A stretch of 64,000 nucleotides of DNA, from the NCBI GenBank assembly GCA_001189075.1, contig LFCN01000006.1, positions 588,866 through 652,865 of the forward strand, read 5' to 3'. This stretch comes from Parcubacteria bacterium C7867-004 (GTDB lineage Bacteria; Patescibacteriota; Minisyncoccia; Phycocordibacterales; Phycocordibacteraceae). Positions 17,508 to 27,023 of this stretch are shown piece by piece (position 1 is the first letter of the stretch; each line of letters opens with the position of its first letter). A program made the translations under genes and the position numbers. The notes under the pieces were generated by a model, which was not told the DNA's origin, searched no databases, and saw only the letters and a program-made list of their open reading frames with translations.

Positions 17508-18542
17508 TTACCAGCTCAGCTGGCCGCCGGTCTTGTACTCGGTAACGCGGGTCTCAAAGAAGTTCTTCTCCTTGTTGAGGTCCACAGCCTCGCCCATCCA
17601 AGGGAACGGATTCTCCACGTTGTACTGGGTCGGCAGACCTACCGTGACGAGACGGCGGTCGGCGATATGCTCGATGTACTGCTTGAATCCGTCGGCGTTC
17701 ATACCGAATATGCCGCGCGGGAACACTTCCGTCGCGAACGTGTACTCGAGAACAACTGCGCGCTTCACCAGGTCGATGATGCGCTGCTGAAATTCCGGTG
17801 TCCACAATTCCGGCTGCTCCTCCTTGATCGCATTGATCATGTTGATGCCGAAGTTCAGGTGCTGCGACTCGTCACGCATGATGTACTGTATCTGCTCGGC
17901 GGAACCCGTAAGCTTGTTCTGGCGCTGGAAGCCAAACATAACGGCGAACGACGAATAGAAGAAGATGCCTTCGAGGATGAGCGAGAAAACGCAGAGGTTC
18001 TCAAGAAAGAGCTGATCGTTCTCGAAGGTGCCGGTCTTGAAGCCGTCGGCGAAGATTCCCTCGTTCAAGCGAAGAATCATGTTGTCCTTGTTGTAGATGC
18101 TCTCCACCTCGCGATACATGTTGAAGATCTTGCTCTCGTCCATCTGGAGGCTCTCGACGATGTACTGGTACGCGTGCGTATGGATAGCCTCCTCGTATCC
18201 CTGACGAAGGAGGTACATGCGGCACTCAGGGCTCGTGATGTGCTTGTAGAGCGCGAGCACGACGTTGTTTGCCGCGATGGAGTCCGCGGTTGTGAAGAAA
18301 CCGAGCACGGTCTCAAAGGCCTTACGCTCATCAGCGGTCAAGGCCGTCGGACTCTTCCACTGCTCGATGTCGCGCTGCATCGATATCTCGGTCGGGAGCC
18401 AGTGGTTCGCGTTCCCCGTCATGTATGCCTCCCATGCGAAGGTGTGCCGCATCGGATAGAGCTGCATCACGTCGGCATCGCCGCCGTTGATGATCTTCCG
18501 GTTGTTAATGTTCACGGGCGCGGCTCCTTTGTTGATGGGCAT
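17508..18542 (-). CDS. nrdB: Ribonucleotide reductase class Ia small subunit R2
   Basis: Di-iron ligand motifs EEAIHTHAY and MRDESQHLNF. The C-terminal FGF..YKTGGQLSW tail fits an R2 subunit. Confidence 0.9.
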   Translation of the reverse strand: MPINKGAAPVNINNRKIINGGDADVMQLYPMRHTFAWEAYMTGNANHWLPTEISMQRDIEQWKSPTALTADERKAFETVLGFFTTADSIAANNVVLALYKHITSPECRMYLLRQGYEEAIHTHAYQYIVESLQMDESKIFNMYREVESIYNKDNMILRLNEGIFADGFKTGTFENDQLFLENLCVFSLILEGIFFYSSFAVMFGFQRQNKLTGSAEQIQYIMRDESQHLNFGINMINAIKEEQPELWTPEFQQRIIDLVKRAVVLEYTFATEVFPRGIFGMNADGFKQYIEHIADRRLVTVGLPTQYNVENPFPWMGEAVDLNKEKNFFETRVTEYKTGGQLSW

Positions 18543-18668
18543 ACGAGGGATTGTTTATCAATAATTCGAGATCGTATATCTCGCGGTTAGACGTTCATTG
18601 TCGCGCGCAAATGCTTCCCAGGCAACCTGGGGAGAAGTGACTTTCTATGCAGAAAATCGTTAGAAACA

Positions 18669-19013
18669 CTAGGTTTCTGACCAGATAGCGAGCTCGTTGC
18701 CAGCTGGATCGAGGAAATGGAAGCGCCTGCCTCCCGGAAAGGCATAGATAGGTTTTGCAATCGTTCCTCCGGCATTCTGAACGTCTGAAACTGACCCTTC
18801 AAGCTGGCTCGAGTAGAGGATAACGAGCGGACCGGATTCCTTAGCAACCTCCCCTTTCGTAAAGCCACCTTCGAGCGAGCCGTCGGTGAATGCGGTGTAA
18901 TCCGGACCGTAGTCGGTAAAGGTCCAGCCGAACGCACCAGCATAGAACTTCTTTATCGCCTCGAGATCATCGGCCGGAAGCTCGATGTAATTAATTCGGT
19001 GATGCGCATTCAT
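18669..19013 (-). CDS. VOC-family (glyoxalase/bleomycin-resistance fold) protein
   Basis: INYIELPADDLEAIKKFYAGAFGW...HFLDPAGNELAI is the typical VOC beta-alpha-beta pattern. Confidence 0.7.
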   Translation of the reverse strand: MNAHHRINYIELPADDLEAIKKFYAGAFGWTFTDYGPDYTAFTDGSLEGGFTKGEVAKESGPLVILYSSQLEGSVSDVQNAGGTIAKPIYAFPGGRRFHFLDPAGNELAIWSET

Positions 19014-19025
19014 GCGTAATTATCT

Positions 19026-19616
19026 CTAATACTCGACAGTAATCGGGATTGAGAGCGACGCGTCGTTCTCGGGAAGCCCGGACGGATTGTCTTTGTGCAG
19101 AACGAGAGTTGCAGGACCGATGTACGACTGCGGAGCAGTGATCTGAACGGAGAACGGCACGAAATTCTCGGTCATCCAATCTCCCTGCGCCTGTACGGGC
19201 ATCGATGCAAGCACTTTCCCGTCCTTATCGAGGAGCTCTATCGGAAACGACGCTTCAAAGTACCAGTAACCGCGCGCCTTCCCTTTCACCGTGAACGACT
19301 TCCCGGTAACTGCTCCCGGTGTAGGGGTCTCAACCACGATCTTGTCAGCCGACGCATTCATGTAGGTCGCCTTCTCAGGGATCTCTTCCGCGTACGTACG
19401 ACCGTCGGGAACCTTACACTGCCGTGGATAGCTTTCCATGATCGGATACCCTGCAGCTTCACAGTCCGAAAAGCTCATGATGGAAGACGAATCGGTCGGT
19501 TGCTCGCGATTAGCGGGATCTCCCTGCTTCTCGTTACAGATGTAGGCGTTCAGACCGAAGAACGCGACGACGAGTACGGTTATGACTATTCCGAGGGTGA
19601 TGGCAATATTTTTCAT
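19026..19616 (-). CDS. Membrane-anchored protein with Gmad2-type Ig-like domain
   Basis: N-terminal TM helix. The C-terminal half KARGYWYFEASFPIELLDKDGKVLA...GDWMTENFVPFSVQI...NPSGLPEND resembles the Gmad2 Ig-like domain. Confidence 0.5.
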   Translation of the reverse strand: MKNIAITLGIVITVLVVAFFGLNAYICNEKQGDPANREQPTDSSSIMSFSDCEAAGYPIMESYPRQCKVPDGRTYAEEIPEKATYMNASADKIVVETPTPGAVTGKSFTVKGKARGYWYFEASFPIELLDKDGKVLASMPVQAQGDWMTENFVPFSVQITAPQSYIGPATLVLHKDNPSGLPENDASLSIPITVEY

Positions 19617-19697
19617 AGGTATATGGTACTACATTCGATTTCGACGAAGAAAGCCGCCCTTCTGGAGCGGCTTTCTTCTGCTACTTAGGTCTGAATC

Positions 19698-22598
19698 TTA
19701 TGATTCGCAACTCTCACAAATACCCGCCTCCTCTCCAGCTGCGACGCGCGCCATCTTCGCCTTCCATTCGTCAGGCGTGAAGCCGGATGGGACGCTCGGT
19801 GCTGCTACCGGTGCGATGGGTGTCATCTCGACTTCCGCTTCGATAGCGGCGATAACCGCTTCGGTAGCTACCGCGGCCGTCATCGGGCCGCTCGCGGTGC
19901 GCGTGTGGGTCGCGCCGTACTCGCTCGTCGAGACGGTCGCCTTCTCTACCTGACTCGCCCCGAGCGTGCGGAGGTAGTAGGTGGTCTTGAGGCCCATCTT
20001 CCACGCGAGGAAGTAGATATCCGAGAGATCGCGTCCGCTCGTTCCGTTGTAGAAGATGTTGAGCGACTGGGACTGGTCAATCCACTTGCCGCGCCGCGCA
20101 GCTGCTTCAACCAGCCACTTCCCGTCTATCTCGAACACTTCCTTGTACTTCTCCTTCAGGTTGAGCGGGATCTCCGCGATGTCCTGCACGCTACCGTCCG
20201 CGTACTTGATGCGGTTCAGCATCGCCGGACTCCAGAGTCCGAGCTGCTTCAAGTCCTCGACGAGATACTTGTTCACCACGACGAACTCGCCCTCCTTGTT
20301 GCTCTTCACGTAGATGTTCTTGTATATCGGCTCGACGCATGGGATGCAGCCGACGAGGTTCGCGGTTGAGGCGGTCGGCGCGATAGCCATGAGGTTCGAG
20401 TTACGCATGCCGTACTTACGGACCTGTTCGCGGACTGGGGTCCAGTCGAGCTTGCCGCCGCGCTTCACCATGACTTCTTCGCCGCGCTCAGCTTCCAGAA
20501 GATCGATAGTGTCCTGCGGGAAGATGCCGCGATCCCACTTCGATCCCTTGTATGAGGAGTACGTGCCACGTTCAGAAGCAAGTTCGGAAGAGCCGAGAAT
20601 GGCGTAGTACGCGACAACCTCCATGCTCTCGTCCGCGAAGGCGAGAGCCTCCGGAGAATCAAACTGGATGTTGAGCATGTAGAGCGCGTCGTGATATCCG
20701 CGAACGCCGAGACCGACCGGACGATGACGGGTGTTGCCGTTCTCCGCGTCCTTGGTCGGGTAGTAGTTGAGATCGATGACGTTGTCGAGCATCCGAATGG
20801 CGGTCTTCGTCACGCTAGCGACGAGCTCGTGATCGAAGCGAGGATTCCCACTCTCATCCTTGGTCACAAACTTCGCGAAGTTGAGCGAGCCAAGCGTACA
20901 GACCGCGGTCTCGTCATCGCTCGTGTTGAGCGTGATCTCAGTGCAAAGGTTCGAGTTATGCACGACGCCGGCGTGATCCTGCGGAGAGCGGACGTTTGAA
21001 GGATCCTTCCACGTGATCCACGGGTGTCCAGTCTCGAACAGCATGCCGATCATCTTCTTCCAGAGGTCAGCGGCTGGAATGCGCTTATAGAGTTCTATCT
21101 CGCCGCGATCTGCCTTCGCCTCGTACTCGATGTATGCGGCTTCGAACTTGGCGCCGTAGATCTCGTGGAGATCAGGGACATCGTTCGGCGAGAAGAGCGT
21201 CCAGTCTCCCCCGTCGCGCACGCGCTTCATGAACAGGTCGGGGATCCAGTTGGCGGTATTGATGTCGTGCGTACGGCGACGCTCATCACCCGTGTTCTTA
21301 CGGAGCTCGAGGAAGTCCTCGACATCAAGGTGCCAGGTCTCGAGGTAGACGCAGCCTGCGCCACGGCGCTTTCCGGAGCGGTTGATCGCGAGGTTCACGT
21401 CGTTCGCTACCTTGAGGAACGGAACGATACCCTGGCTGCCTACGCCCGTGCCCTTGATGAAGGAGCCGGTAGCGCGGACCTTGGTCCAGTCGGTTCCGGT
21501 CCCGCCCGACCACTTGAGATACTGCGCGTTATCCGCGAGCGACTTGAAGATGCCATCGAGGGAATCCGGCACGCTGTTGAGGAAGCAGTTACTCATCTGG
21601 GCTTTCTTGAAGCCAGACTGGAAGAGCGTACGGCCGCCCGGGGTGTAGAGGAAGTTCGAGAGCACGTCATAGAACTCGAGCGCGACGCGCTCGCGGTCTT
21701 CCGGCTTCTCAGCGATCGCAAGACCCATCGCGATGCGCATCCAGAGCATCTGCGGGGTCTCAAGCTGCTTGTGCGCCTTGGGGTCCTCCATGCAGTAGCG
21801 GCTACTCATGATCTCGAGGCCCATGTACTCGAAGAGGAAATCGTTCTCGACCTTCATGGCGCGCGCCATCTTGGCAAGATCGTATTCGCCCATGCGGGGA
21901 TCGAGATCGCCATCAGCGACCAGCTTCGACATGTTGCGCACGAAGACGCGCTCGTGTGCCGCGAGCGGATCCTTGCTGTCGAACTCAGGACCGAACACTT
22001 CCGCGTACATGCGCTGAAGGAGGAGCTTCACCGCGAGCTTCGAGTATGCCGGGTCGAGCTCGATCATCGAGCGCACGACCATGATGAGCGCCTTGCCCAC
22101 TTCCGCGGTCGTCATACCCTCGTACAATTCGTACTTGAGCTGCGTGAGGATGTGCTCGATATCGAATGCGACTCCTTCCACATCCTTCGAGAAGTGCTCG
22201 AGCGTCTGACGGAGCTTCGTCTCGTTGAACCGCTCCTGCTTGCCGGACGCGGTCGTGATCATGAGCGCGTTGTCCTCGATCTTCTCGAGGGTCTCCTGCT
22301 TCCGCTCCTCGCGGATCTTGGTGTGCTGGTAGCGGTAGACGATGTAGTGCTTCGCGACCGGATGGTAGCCGGCTTCCATGAGCGCGAGCTCGACCAGGTC
22401 CTGGACGTTCTCGACCGATGGCGTCTGCTCGCCCCCGAACTTCATCTCGAGATCGGTGAGCACCCCGTTGGTAAGGCTCTCGAGGATTGTTTCCTCGACG
22501 GTGACGTCGCAGTAGGCGAACGCCTTCCTCATCGCTTCAGTAATCTTCGCCTCCTCGAAGTCGACGATGCTCCCGTTCCTCTTTTTGACCTGCTTCAT
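19698..22598 (-). CDS. nrdA: Ribonucleotide reductase class Ia large subunit with N-terminal ATP-cone(s)
   Basis: ATP-cone KRNGSIVDFEEAKITEAM plus a second degenerate cone. Catalytic-core motifs (NLCTEI, PTASTANLVGCIPCVEPI), a C-terminal TTYYLRT, and a terminal Cys pair. The track ORF starts at 22712; the likely start is MKQVKK at 22598. Confidence 0.9.
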   Translation of the reverse strand: MKQVKKRNGSIVDFEEAKITEAMRKAFAYCDVTVEETILESLTNGVLTDLEMKFGGEQTPSVENVQDLVELALMEAGYHPVAKHYIVYRYQHTKIREERKQETLEKIEDNALMITTASGKQERFNETKLRQTLEHFSKDVEGVAFDIEHILTQLKYELYEGMTTAEVGKALIMVVRSMIELDPAYSKLAVKLLLQRMYAEVFGPEFDSKDPLAAHERVFVRNMSKLVADGDLDPRMGEYDLAKMARAMKVENDFLFEYMGLEIMSSRYCMEDPKAHKQLETPQMLWMRIAMGLAIAEKPEDRERVALEFYDVLSNFLYTPGGRTLFQSGFKKAQMSNCFLNSVPDSLDGIFKSLADNAQYLKWSGGTGTDWTKVRATGSFIKGTGVGSQGIVPFLKVANDVNLAINRSGKRRGAGCVYLETWHLDVEDFLELRKNTGDERRRTHDINTANWIPDLFMKRVRDGGDWTLFSPNDVPDLHEIYGAKFEAAYIEYEAKADRGEIELYKRIPAADLWKKMIGMLFETGHPWITWKDPSNVRSPQDHAGVVHNSNLCTEITLNTSDDETAVCTLGSLNFAKFVTKDESGNPRFDHELVASVTKTAIRMLDNVIDLNYYPTKDAENGNTRHRPVGLGVRGYHDALYMLNIQFDSPEALAFADESMEVVAYYAILGSSELASERGTYSSYKGSKWDRGIFPQDTIDLLEAERGEEVMVKRGGKLDWTPVREQVRKYGMRNSNLMAIAPTASTANLVGCIPCVEPIYKNIYVKSNKEGEFVVVNKYLVEDLKQLGLWSPAMLNRIKYADGSVQDIAEIPLNLKEKYKEVFEIDGKWLVEAAARRGKWIDQSQSLNIFYNGTSGRDLSDIYFLAWKMGLKTTYYLRTLGASQVEKATVSTSEYGATHTRTASGPMTAAVATEAVIAAIEAEVEMTPIAPVAAPSVPSGFTPDEWKAKMARVAAGEEAGICESCES

Positions 22599-22904
22599 AA
22601 GGTAATCCCGTAGGTTACGCGGCACAGTGATAAAGTCAGCCTTGGCTCTCGCGCCAGCAGGGAGATTCTCTCCACTTCGGGACGCGCCGTGGCGCATATG
22701 TCCCGACTGCATTCGGCTTCGTGACCCCCTTATCGTACCCCCTCTTCATCCAATTCTTATGTGCATAAAGCACTAGGAAACGTTCCAGACGACCCGCAAG
22801 ACACTCGTTCGTATAGTGAAGCAAATACTGCCTGAAAATTGCCTATAGTACGACGGAAAAGCGCCTCCTAAAATGAGGTTTGACGCTATACTCAAGCGAC
22901 ACTC

Positions 22905-23597
22905 ATGGCTACGCGAATATCTTCCCGAGTTGCTATAACTATCACGCTTTCCCTAGTGATCGTGGGGGCGCTGTATGTCATCGAGCAGTTCATCGGGGCA
23001 AGTTACGTCGTAAAGACAGCGCTTAAGGTGCTGCTATTTCTCATTCTTCCGCTCGGATTGGCGTTTGCGTATGAACAGAAACGGATCTCAAAGATCCTTG
23101 GACTAGAGAACTTCACTGTCCAGAGCCTCCTGCCTGGATTGCTTCTGGGCGTCGGTTCCTTCCTCATTATCCTTGGAGCATATGCGATCCTCGGCAGCTT
23201 CATAGACATGGAGGCCATTGCAGATAACCTCGAGAGCAAGCTGGGTATCAACTCCGGTAATTTCCTGTTCGTCGGACTTTACGTCATCTTCGTGAACTCG
23301 CTGCTCGAGGAATTCTTCTTCAGGGGCTTCCTGTTCTTGAACCTGAAGGGTCATGCTTCGCGAGTCTTTGCATACGTATTCTCCGCAGGACTATTCGCCG
23401 TATATCACCTCGCGATAATCAAGGGATGGTTCAACCCTGTACTGATGGCGCTTGCGCTTATATCGCTATTCGTAATTGGCTTAGTATTTAATTACCTTAA
23501 CAGCCGCTCAGGCCACTTCCTTAATTCATGGCTCGCCCACGGGATTGCAGACAGCGCAATCATCCTCATAGGTATGCATATGTTCGGCATCCTTTAA
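22905..23597 (+). CDS. CPBP-family intramembrane metalloprotease (CAAX protease / Abi)
   Basis: Motif 1 EEFFFRG, motif 2 FAVYH and motif 3 HGIAD, in a 6-7 TM protein. Confidence 0.75.
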   Translation: MATRISSRVAITITLSLVIVGALYVIEQFIGASYVVKTALKVLLFLILPLGLAFAYEQKRISKILGLENFTVQSLLPGLLLGVGSFLIILGAYAILGSFIDMEAIADNLESKLGINSGNFLFVGLYVIFVNSLLEEFFFRGFLFLNLKGHASRVFAYVFSAGLFAVYHLAIIKGWFNPVLMALALISLFVIGLVFNYLNSRSGHFLNSWLAHGIADSAIILIGMHMFGIL

Positions 23598-23683
23598 AAT
23601 AAAAGTTAGGTGCTTCATGAAGGCTTCATGCGATAACCTATAGTCTACGCATATAACGATATTTAGCCCTAAGGACCCTACCT

Positions 23684-24358
23684 ATGCGTATCCTCATCGT
23701 AGAAGACGAAGCGAAGCTCGCCGAAGCCTTGAAGCGCGGCCTTGAGAGCAAAGGCTTTGCGGTCGACTGGATCGACGACAGCGAGAAGGCGCGCACGCGC
23801 ATTATGCTCTATCGCGATGAGTACGACCTCATCCTGCTCGACCTCATGCTCCCCGGCATTGACGGCGCGACCATCACGCGCGACGCGCGCGCCGAGGGCG
23901 TGACGACCCCGATCATTGTGCTCACCGCCCGCGACGAGACCGAATACAAGGTCGAGCTGCTCAATATCGGTGCGGACGACTATCTCGCGAAACCTTTCTC
24001 CTTCGAGGAGCTCGTCGCCCGCATCAACGCAGTGCTCCGCCGTCCCGAACAGACCATCCAGACCACGCTCTCGGTCCGCGACATCGAGCTCGATCCTTCG
24101 AGCCGCACCGTGACCAAGGGCGGCAAGCCGCTGGCGCTCACGCTCAAGGAGTATTCCCTCCTCGAGTACTTCATGCGGCATCCGGATGAAGCGATGACGC
24201 GCGAGAGCATCCTCGATCATGTCTGGAGCTTCGACTTCCCTGGCTTTTCGAACGTTCTTGACGTACACATGAAGAATCTTCGTAAGAAGCTCGACACCTA
24301 TGCAGATGCACCCCTCTTTGAAACCGTCCGTGGCGTGGGTTACCGACTTAACCGATAA
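23684..24358 (+). CDS. OmpR-family response regulator
   Basis: Receiver domain ILIVEDE...LILLDLMLPGIDG. Winged-helix C-terminus VRGVGYRL. Confidence 0.9.
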   Translation: MRILIVEDEAKLAEALKRGLESKGFAVDWIDDSEKARTRIMLYRDEYDLILLDLMLPGIDGATITRDARAEGVTTPIIVLTARDETEYKVELLNIGADDYLAKPFSFEELVARINAVLRRPEQTIQTTLSVRDIELDPSSRTVTKGGKPLALTLKEYSLLEYFMRHPDEAMTRESILDHVWSFDFPGFSNVLDVHMKNLRKKLDTYADAPLFETVRGVGYRLNR

Positions 24359-25436
24359 GTACCGCTTCAACCCGTTCATCCGGGCAGCGGTGCATGTCAT
24401 CCTGTTGCAGCTCGCGCTCGGGTTGGTCTCCGTCGTACTCTTCCTCGTTGGTATCCAATACGCACAAGACCAGACTATCGAGTCGATAAGCGTCGGAATA
24501 CAAGAGGCGATGGTCACGGGCGCAACGACGACGCCCACCAACTTTGAGACCATTATAGACGGCATCCGCGCACAGACGGTGACGCTTGCGTTTGTCGGCA
24601 TCGTGCTCCTGAACCTCCTCTTCGGCTTCCTTATCGCCCGTTTTGCGCTCTGGCCGACACGCAATTCCCTCCAGTTCCAGAAGCGCTTCATCGGGAACAT
24701 TGCTCATGAGATACGGACACCGCTCGCCATCATAAAGACAAATACGGAGGTGGCGCTCTTCGATCCGAAGATACCGAAAGATGTGCGCGACACTTTCGAA
24801 GGCACGGTTACCGAACTCGACCGCATCTCGGAGACCATCAACAACCTCCTCTCCTTCGATACCCTTACCCGCCCGCGACGCATGCCGTTCGAACCGACCG
24901 ACCTCGGCGCTATCGTCGAACTCGTTGCGGAGCGGCATCAGGCACTCGCGGATTCCCGGGCAGTGCGACTTGAGACCCGCGTCGGGAAGAGCCGGATGGT
25001 CGAAGGCAACCAGACTGCGCTCGATCAGGTGGTTACCAACCTGGTTAAGAACGCCATTAACTACACGCCGGCGGATAAGGACGGAGTCGTCACTGTCACC
25101 GTCGGTCATGACGGACCGGGGAAGATCCTCCTCTCGGTCGCTGACACCGGCATAGGCATTGGCCAGAAGGATCTCTTCCATATCTTCGAACCCTTCTATC
25201 GCGGAGACACGTCGAGAGCACGCGGTATCGGCACGGGAACCTCGGGACTCGGACTCGCTATCGTGAACGAGATCGTGCGCCTGCATAAAGGCTCCATAAA
25301 CATACGCAGCACGCCGGGCATCGGTACCGAGATACGCATAACGCTTCCCGGCGCCAAAGGGGCGGGACTCAATGATCCGCTCGATAAGAACGAGTCGGAT
25401 ACGACGAACGAAGTATCGCTCGACTTCTCTTCCTAG
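24300..25436 (+). CDS. Sensor histidine kinase, partner of the OmpR regulator
   Basis: Two TM helices. H-box IAHEIRTPLAII. N/G boxes (LVKNAINYT, DTGIGI, GTGLGLAIV). Start codon uncertain; the 5' end overlaps the RR stop. Confidence 0.85.
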   Translation: MQMHPSLKPSVAWVTDLTDKYRFNPFIRAAVHVILLQLALGLVSVVLFLVGIQYAQDQTIESISVGIQEAMVTGATTTPTNFETIIDGIRAQTVTLAFVGIVLLNLLFGFLIARFALWPTRNSLQFQKRFIGNIAHEIRTPLAIIKTNTEVALFDPKIPKDVRDTFEGTVTELDRISETINNLLSFDTLTRPRRMPFEPTDLGAIVELVAERHQALADSRAVRLETRVGKSRMVEGNQTALDQVVTNLVKNAINYTPADKDGVVTVTVGHDGPGKILLSVADTGIGIGQKDLFHIFEPFYRGDTSRARGIGTGTSGLGLAIVNEIVRLHKGSINIRSTPGIGTEIRITLPGAKGAGLNDPLDKNESDTTNEVSLDFSS

Positions 25437-25642
25437 CGTTCATCTTCGGTTCACAGTAGTTCGCGTATCCTGATCGTTCGGGGAACGGAAGCAGGATGCA
25501 CGTGTGCGGCCTCTTCCGAAGCCTCGTGTTCCTTCATTTTCGGCCGGGTGTCCCGGGAAGGATGCACGGCATACGGTGAAGACCGTTACAAGCGCGCCTA
25601 ACAGAGACGCAACGGTATGATACAGAAACTGCGAGACTAGCA

Positions 25643-25679
25643 GCCGGGGCGCTGAAGGTAAAACCTTCAGCGCCCCGGC
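25643..25679. repeat. Perfect 16-bp-stem hairpin (gccggggcgctgaagg-taaaa-ccttcagcgccccggc) downstream of the HK
   Basis: Perfect inverted repeat with no flanking U-tract on either strand. Possible terminator or protein-binding site. Confidence 0.4.
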
Positions 25680-25699
25680 GCATTTCTCAGTATCTATTC

Positions 25700-25727
25700 T
25701 TGACTGCATCCCTGACAGGGGTATACT
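25700..25727 (+). promoter_or_regulatory. Near-consensus sigma70-type promoter TTGACT-16-TATACT, directed antisense into the 3' end of the MazF-like gene
   Basis: -35 at 25700-25705 and -10 at 25722-25727. The core TATACTTTcAGTACA recurs at the paralogous toxin locus (45089-45103). Confidence 0.45.
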
Positions 25728-25774
25728 TTCAGTACAAGTGCCTCCGGGCTCGCCTCCTAATGGGGGAGAAAAAG

Positions 25775-25807
25775 AAAAACCGTCAAAGCAAGTCTTTGGC
25801 GGTTTTT
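25775..25807. terminator. Bidirectional Rho-independent terminator (14-bp stem aaaaaccgtcaaag/ctttggcggttttt)
   Basis: The stem includes an A-tract and a T-tract and overlaps the last 9 codons and stop of the minus-strand toxin gene. Confidence 0.6.
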
Positions 25808-26169
25808 CTAACTCTTATAAAGCATTCTTGGTCCAAGAATCCGATTTTGTTTACGAGCCTTTTAGTATCAATTATTCGAATTTGAGACATAAGCGCCACA
25901 GCCTTCTTGCCCTCAACGTGACCTATCGGCAAACGATACCTATGCCGCTTGATAGACGTGGTTAGCGGTATGACGTAGCAAGTCTCGCGACTAATTCCTT
26001 TCAAAATAAGGACCGGACGCTGTTTTCCCTCACCCGTTCCATCCTGTTCAAAACCTATGTTAGTTCCAAGCGAACACCACCACAGTTCTCGCTCATGATA
26101 GAGCTTATTGCGCTCTTCCGAGTGAATTCTTTCTTTCAGGGAGTACCAGGTGGAAAAATCCTTCTCCAT
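25783..26169 (-). CDS. PemK/MazF-family toxin (mRNA-interferase-like) with ~30-aa N-terminal extension; no adjacent antitoxin ORF
   Basis: GFEQDGTG..RPVLIL, IPLTTS and SQIRIIDTKRLVNKIGFLD align to MazF/EndoA (GSEQ.G.RPvlvi...EQIRTIDKQRL). Local GC is ~45%. Confidence 0.75.
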   Translation of the reverse strand: MEKDFSTWYSLKERIHSEERNKLYHERELWWCSLGTNIGFEQDGTGEGKQRPVLILKGISRETCYVIPLTTSIKRHRYRLPIGHVEGKKAVALMSQIRIIDTKRLVNKIGFLDQECFIRVRKTAKDLL

Positions 26170-26231
26170 TTGCCGAGGATACGGTCCTGGTCCTCAAGGG
26201 AAGATGAAATTTAGATAATTAAATTCTAAAG

Positions 26232-27023
26232 CTACTGCTTCAGTCCCGCTCCGCGCTTAAAGAGGATGATGGTCACTATGAACGCAAGCAGCGTGAGTCC
26301 GCCCATAACTTCGAAGGCAAGCGAAAGTGGCACGTCCGAGATGCCGAGAAATCCGTAGCGGAACGCGTTAACCATGTAGAGGATCGGGTTGAACAGGGAG
26401 ACCGTCTGGAACAGAGGCGGGAGCTGGTCGATCGAATAGAAGACACCTCCCAGGTACGTGAGCGGAGTGAGCACGAACGTCGGTACGATGTTTATCGCAT
26501 CAAAGGACTTCGCGAAGATCGCGTTAATAAGACCCAGCAGCGAGAACAAAAGGGCCGTAAGGAACGCTGCGGCGAATATGACACCAACGGAGAAGAGCGT
26601 GAGATGCGTGAAGAAGAGCGAGACGCCGATCACGATAAGACCGACGAGGAACGCGCGGATGAGGCCGCCCGAGACGAAGCCTGCGATAACCACCCAGCTC
26701 GGCATCGGAGACACGAGGATTTCATCGATGGTGCGAATCCACTTCGCGAAATAGAAGGTGGAGACGGTGTTCATGTACGAGCTCGTGATCACTGACATCA
26801 TGATGAGTCCAGGCACGATGAACTGGATATAGGGGAATCCGTGGATAGCGTCGACCTGGCTGCCAATGAACGTGCCGAAGATTGCGAAGTAGAGCGCCAT
26901 CGTTATAGCTGGCGGAAGCAGGGTCTGACTCCATATGCGCACGATGCGCCGGAAGTCCTTGCGGACCATGGTGTAGAACCCGATGAGTATTGGTGAGCGG
27001 GTCATATTAGGTATCCTTCTCAA
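26232..27023 (-). CDS. ABC-2-type transporter permease
   Basis: 6 TM helices; overlaps the upstream ATPase gene by 17 nt. Confidence 0.75.
   Translation of the reverse strand: MRRIPNMTRSPILIGFYTMVRKDFRRIVRIWSQTLLPPAITMALYFAIFGTFIGSQVDAIHGFPYIQFIVPGLIMMSVITSSYMNTVSTFYFAKWIRTIDEILVSPMPSWVVIAGFVSGGLIRAFLVGLIVIGVSLFFTHLTLFSVGVIFAAAFLTALLFSLLGLINAIFAKSFDAINIVPTFVLTPLTYLGGVFYSIDQLPPLFQTVSLFNPILYMVNAFRYGFLGISDVPLSLAFEVMGGLTLLAFIVTIILFKRGAGLKQ

Noticed and set aside
19698-22598. Intein or homing-endonuclease insertion in the 967-aa NrdA
   Set aside because: The extra length is explained by a second degenerate ATP-cone at the N-terminus. No intein block motifs (C/S...HN) are seen.
19905-22613. Antisense ORFs within nrdA (for example 21024-22613, 529 aa)
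   Set aside because: They overlap the conserved NrdA frame on the opposite strand and have low-complexity composition.
22599-22904. NrdR-box palindromes in the long nrdA leader
   Set aside because: Only short 4-bp-arm palindromes (gtgc-ataaa-gcac, cact-n9-agtg) are present. Nothing matches the 16-bp NrdR box convincingly.
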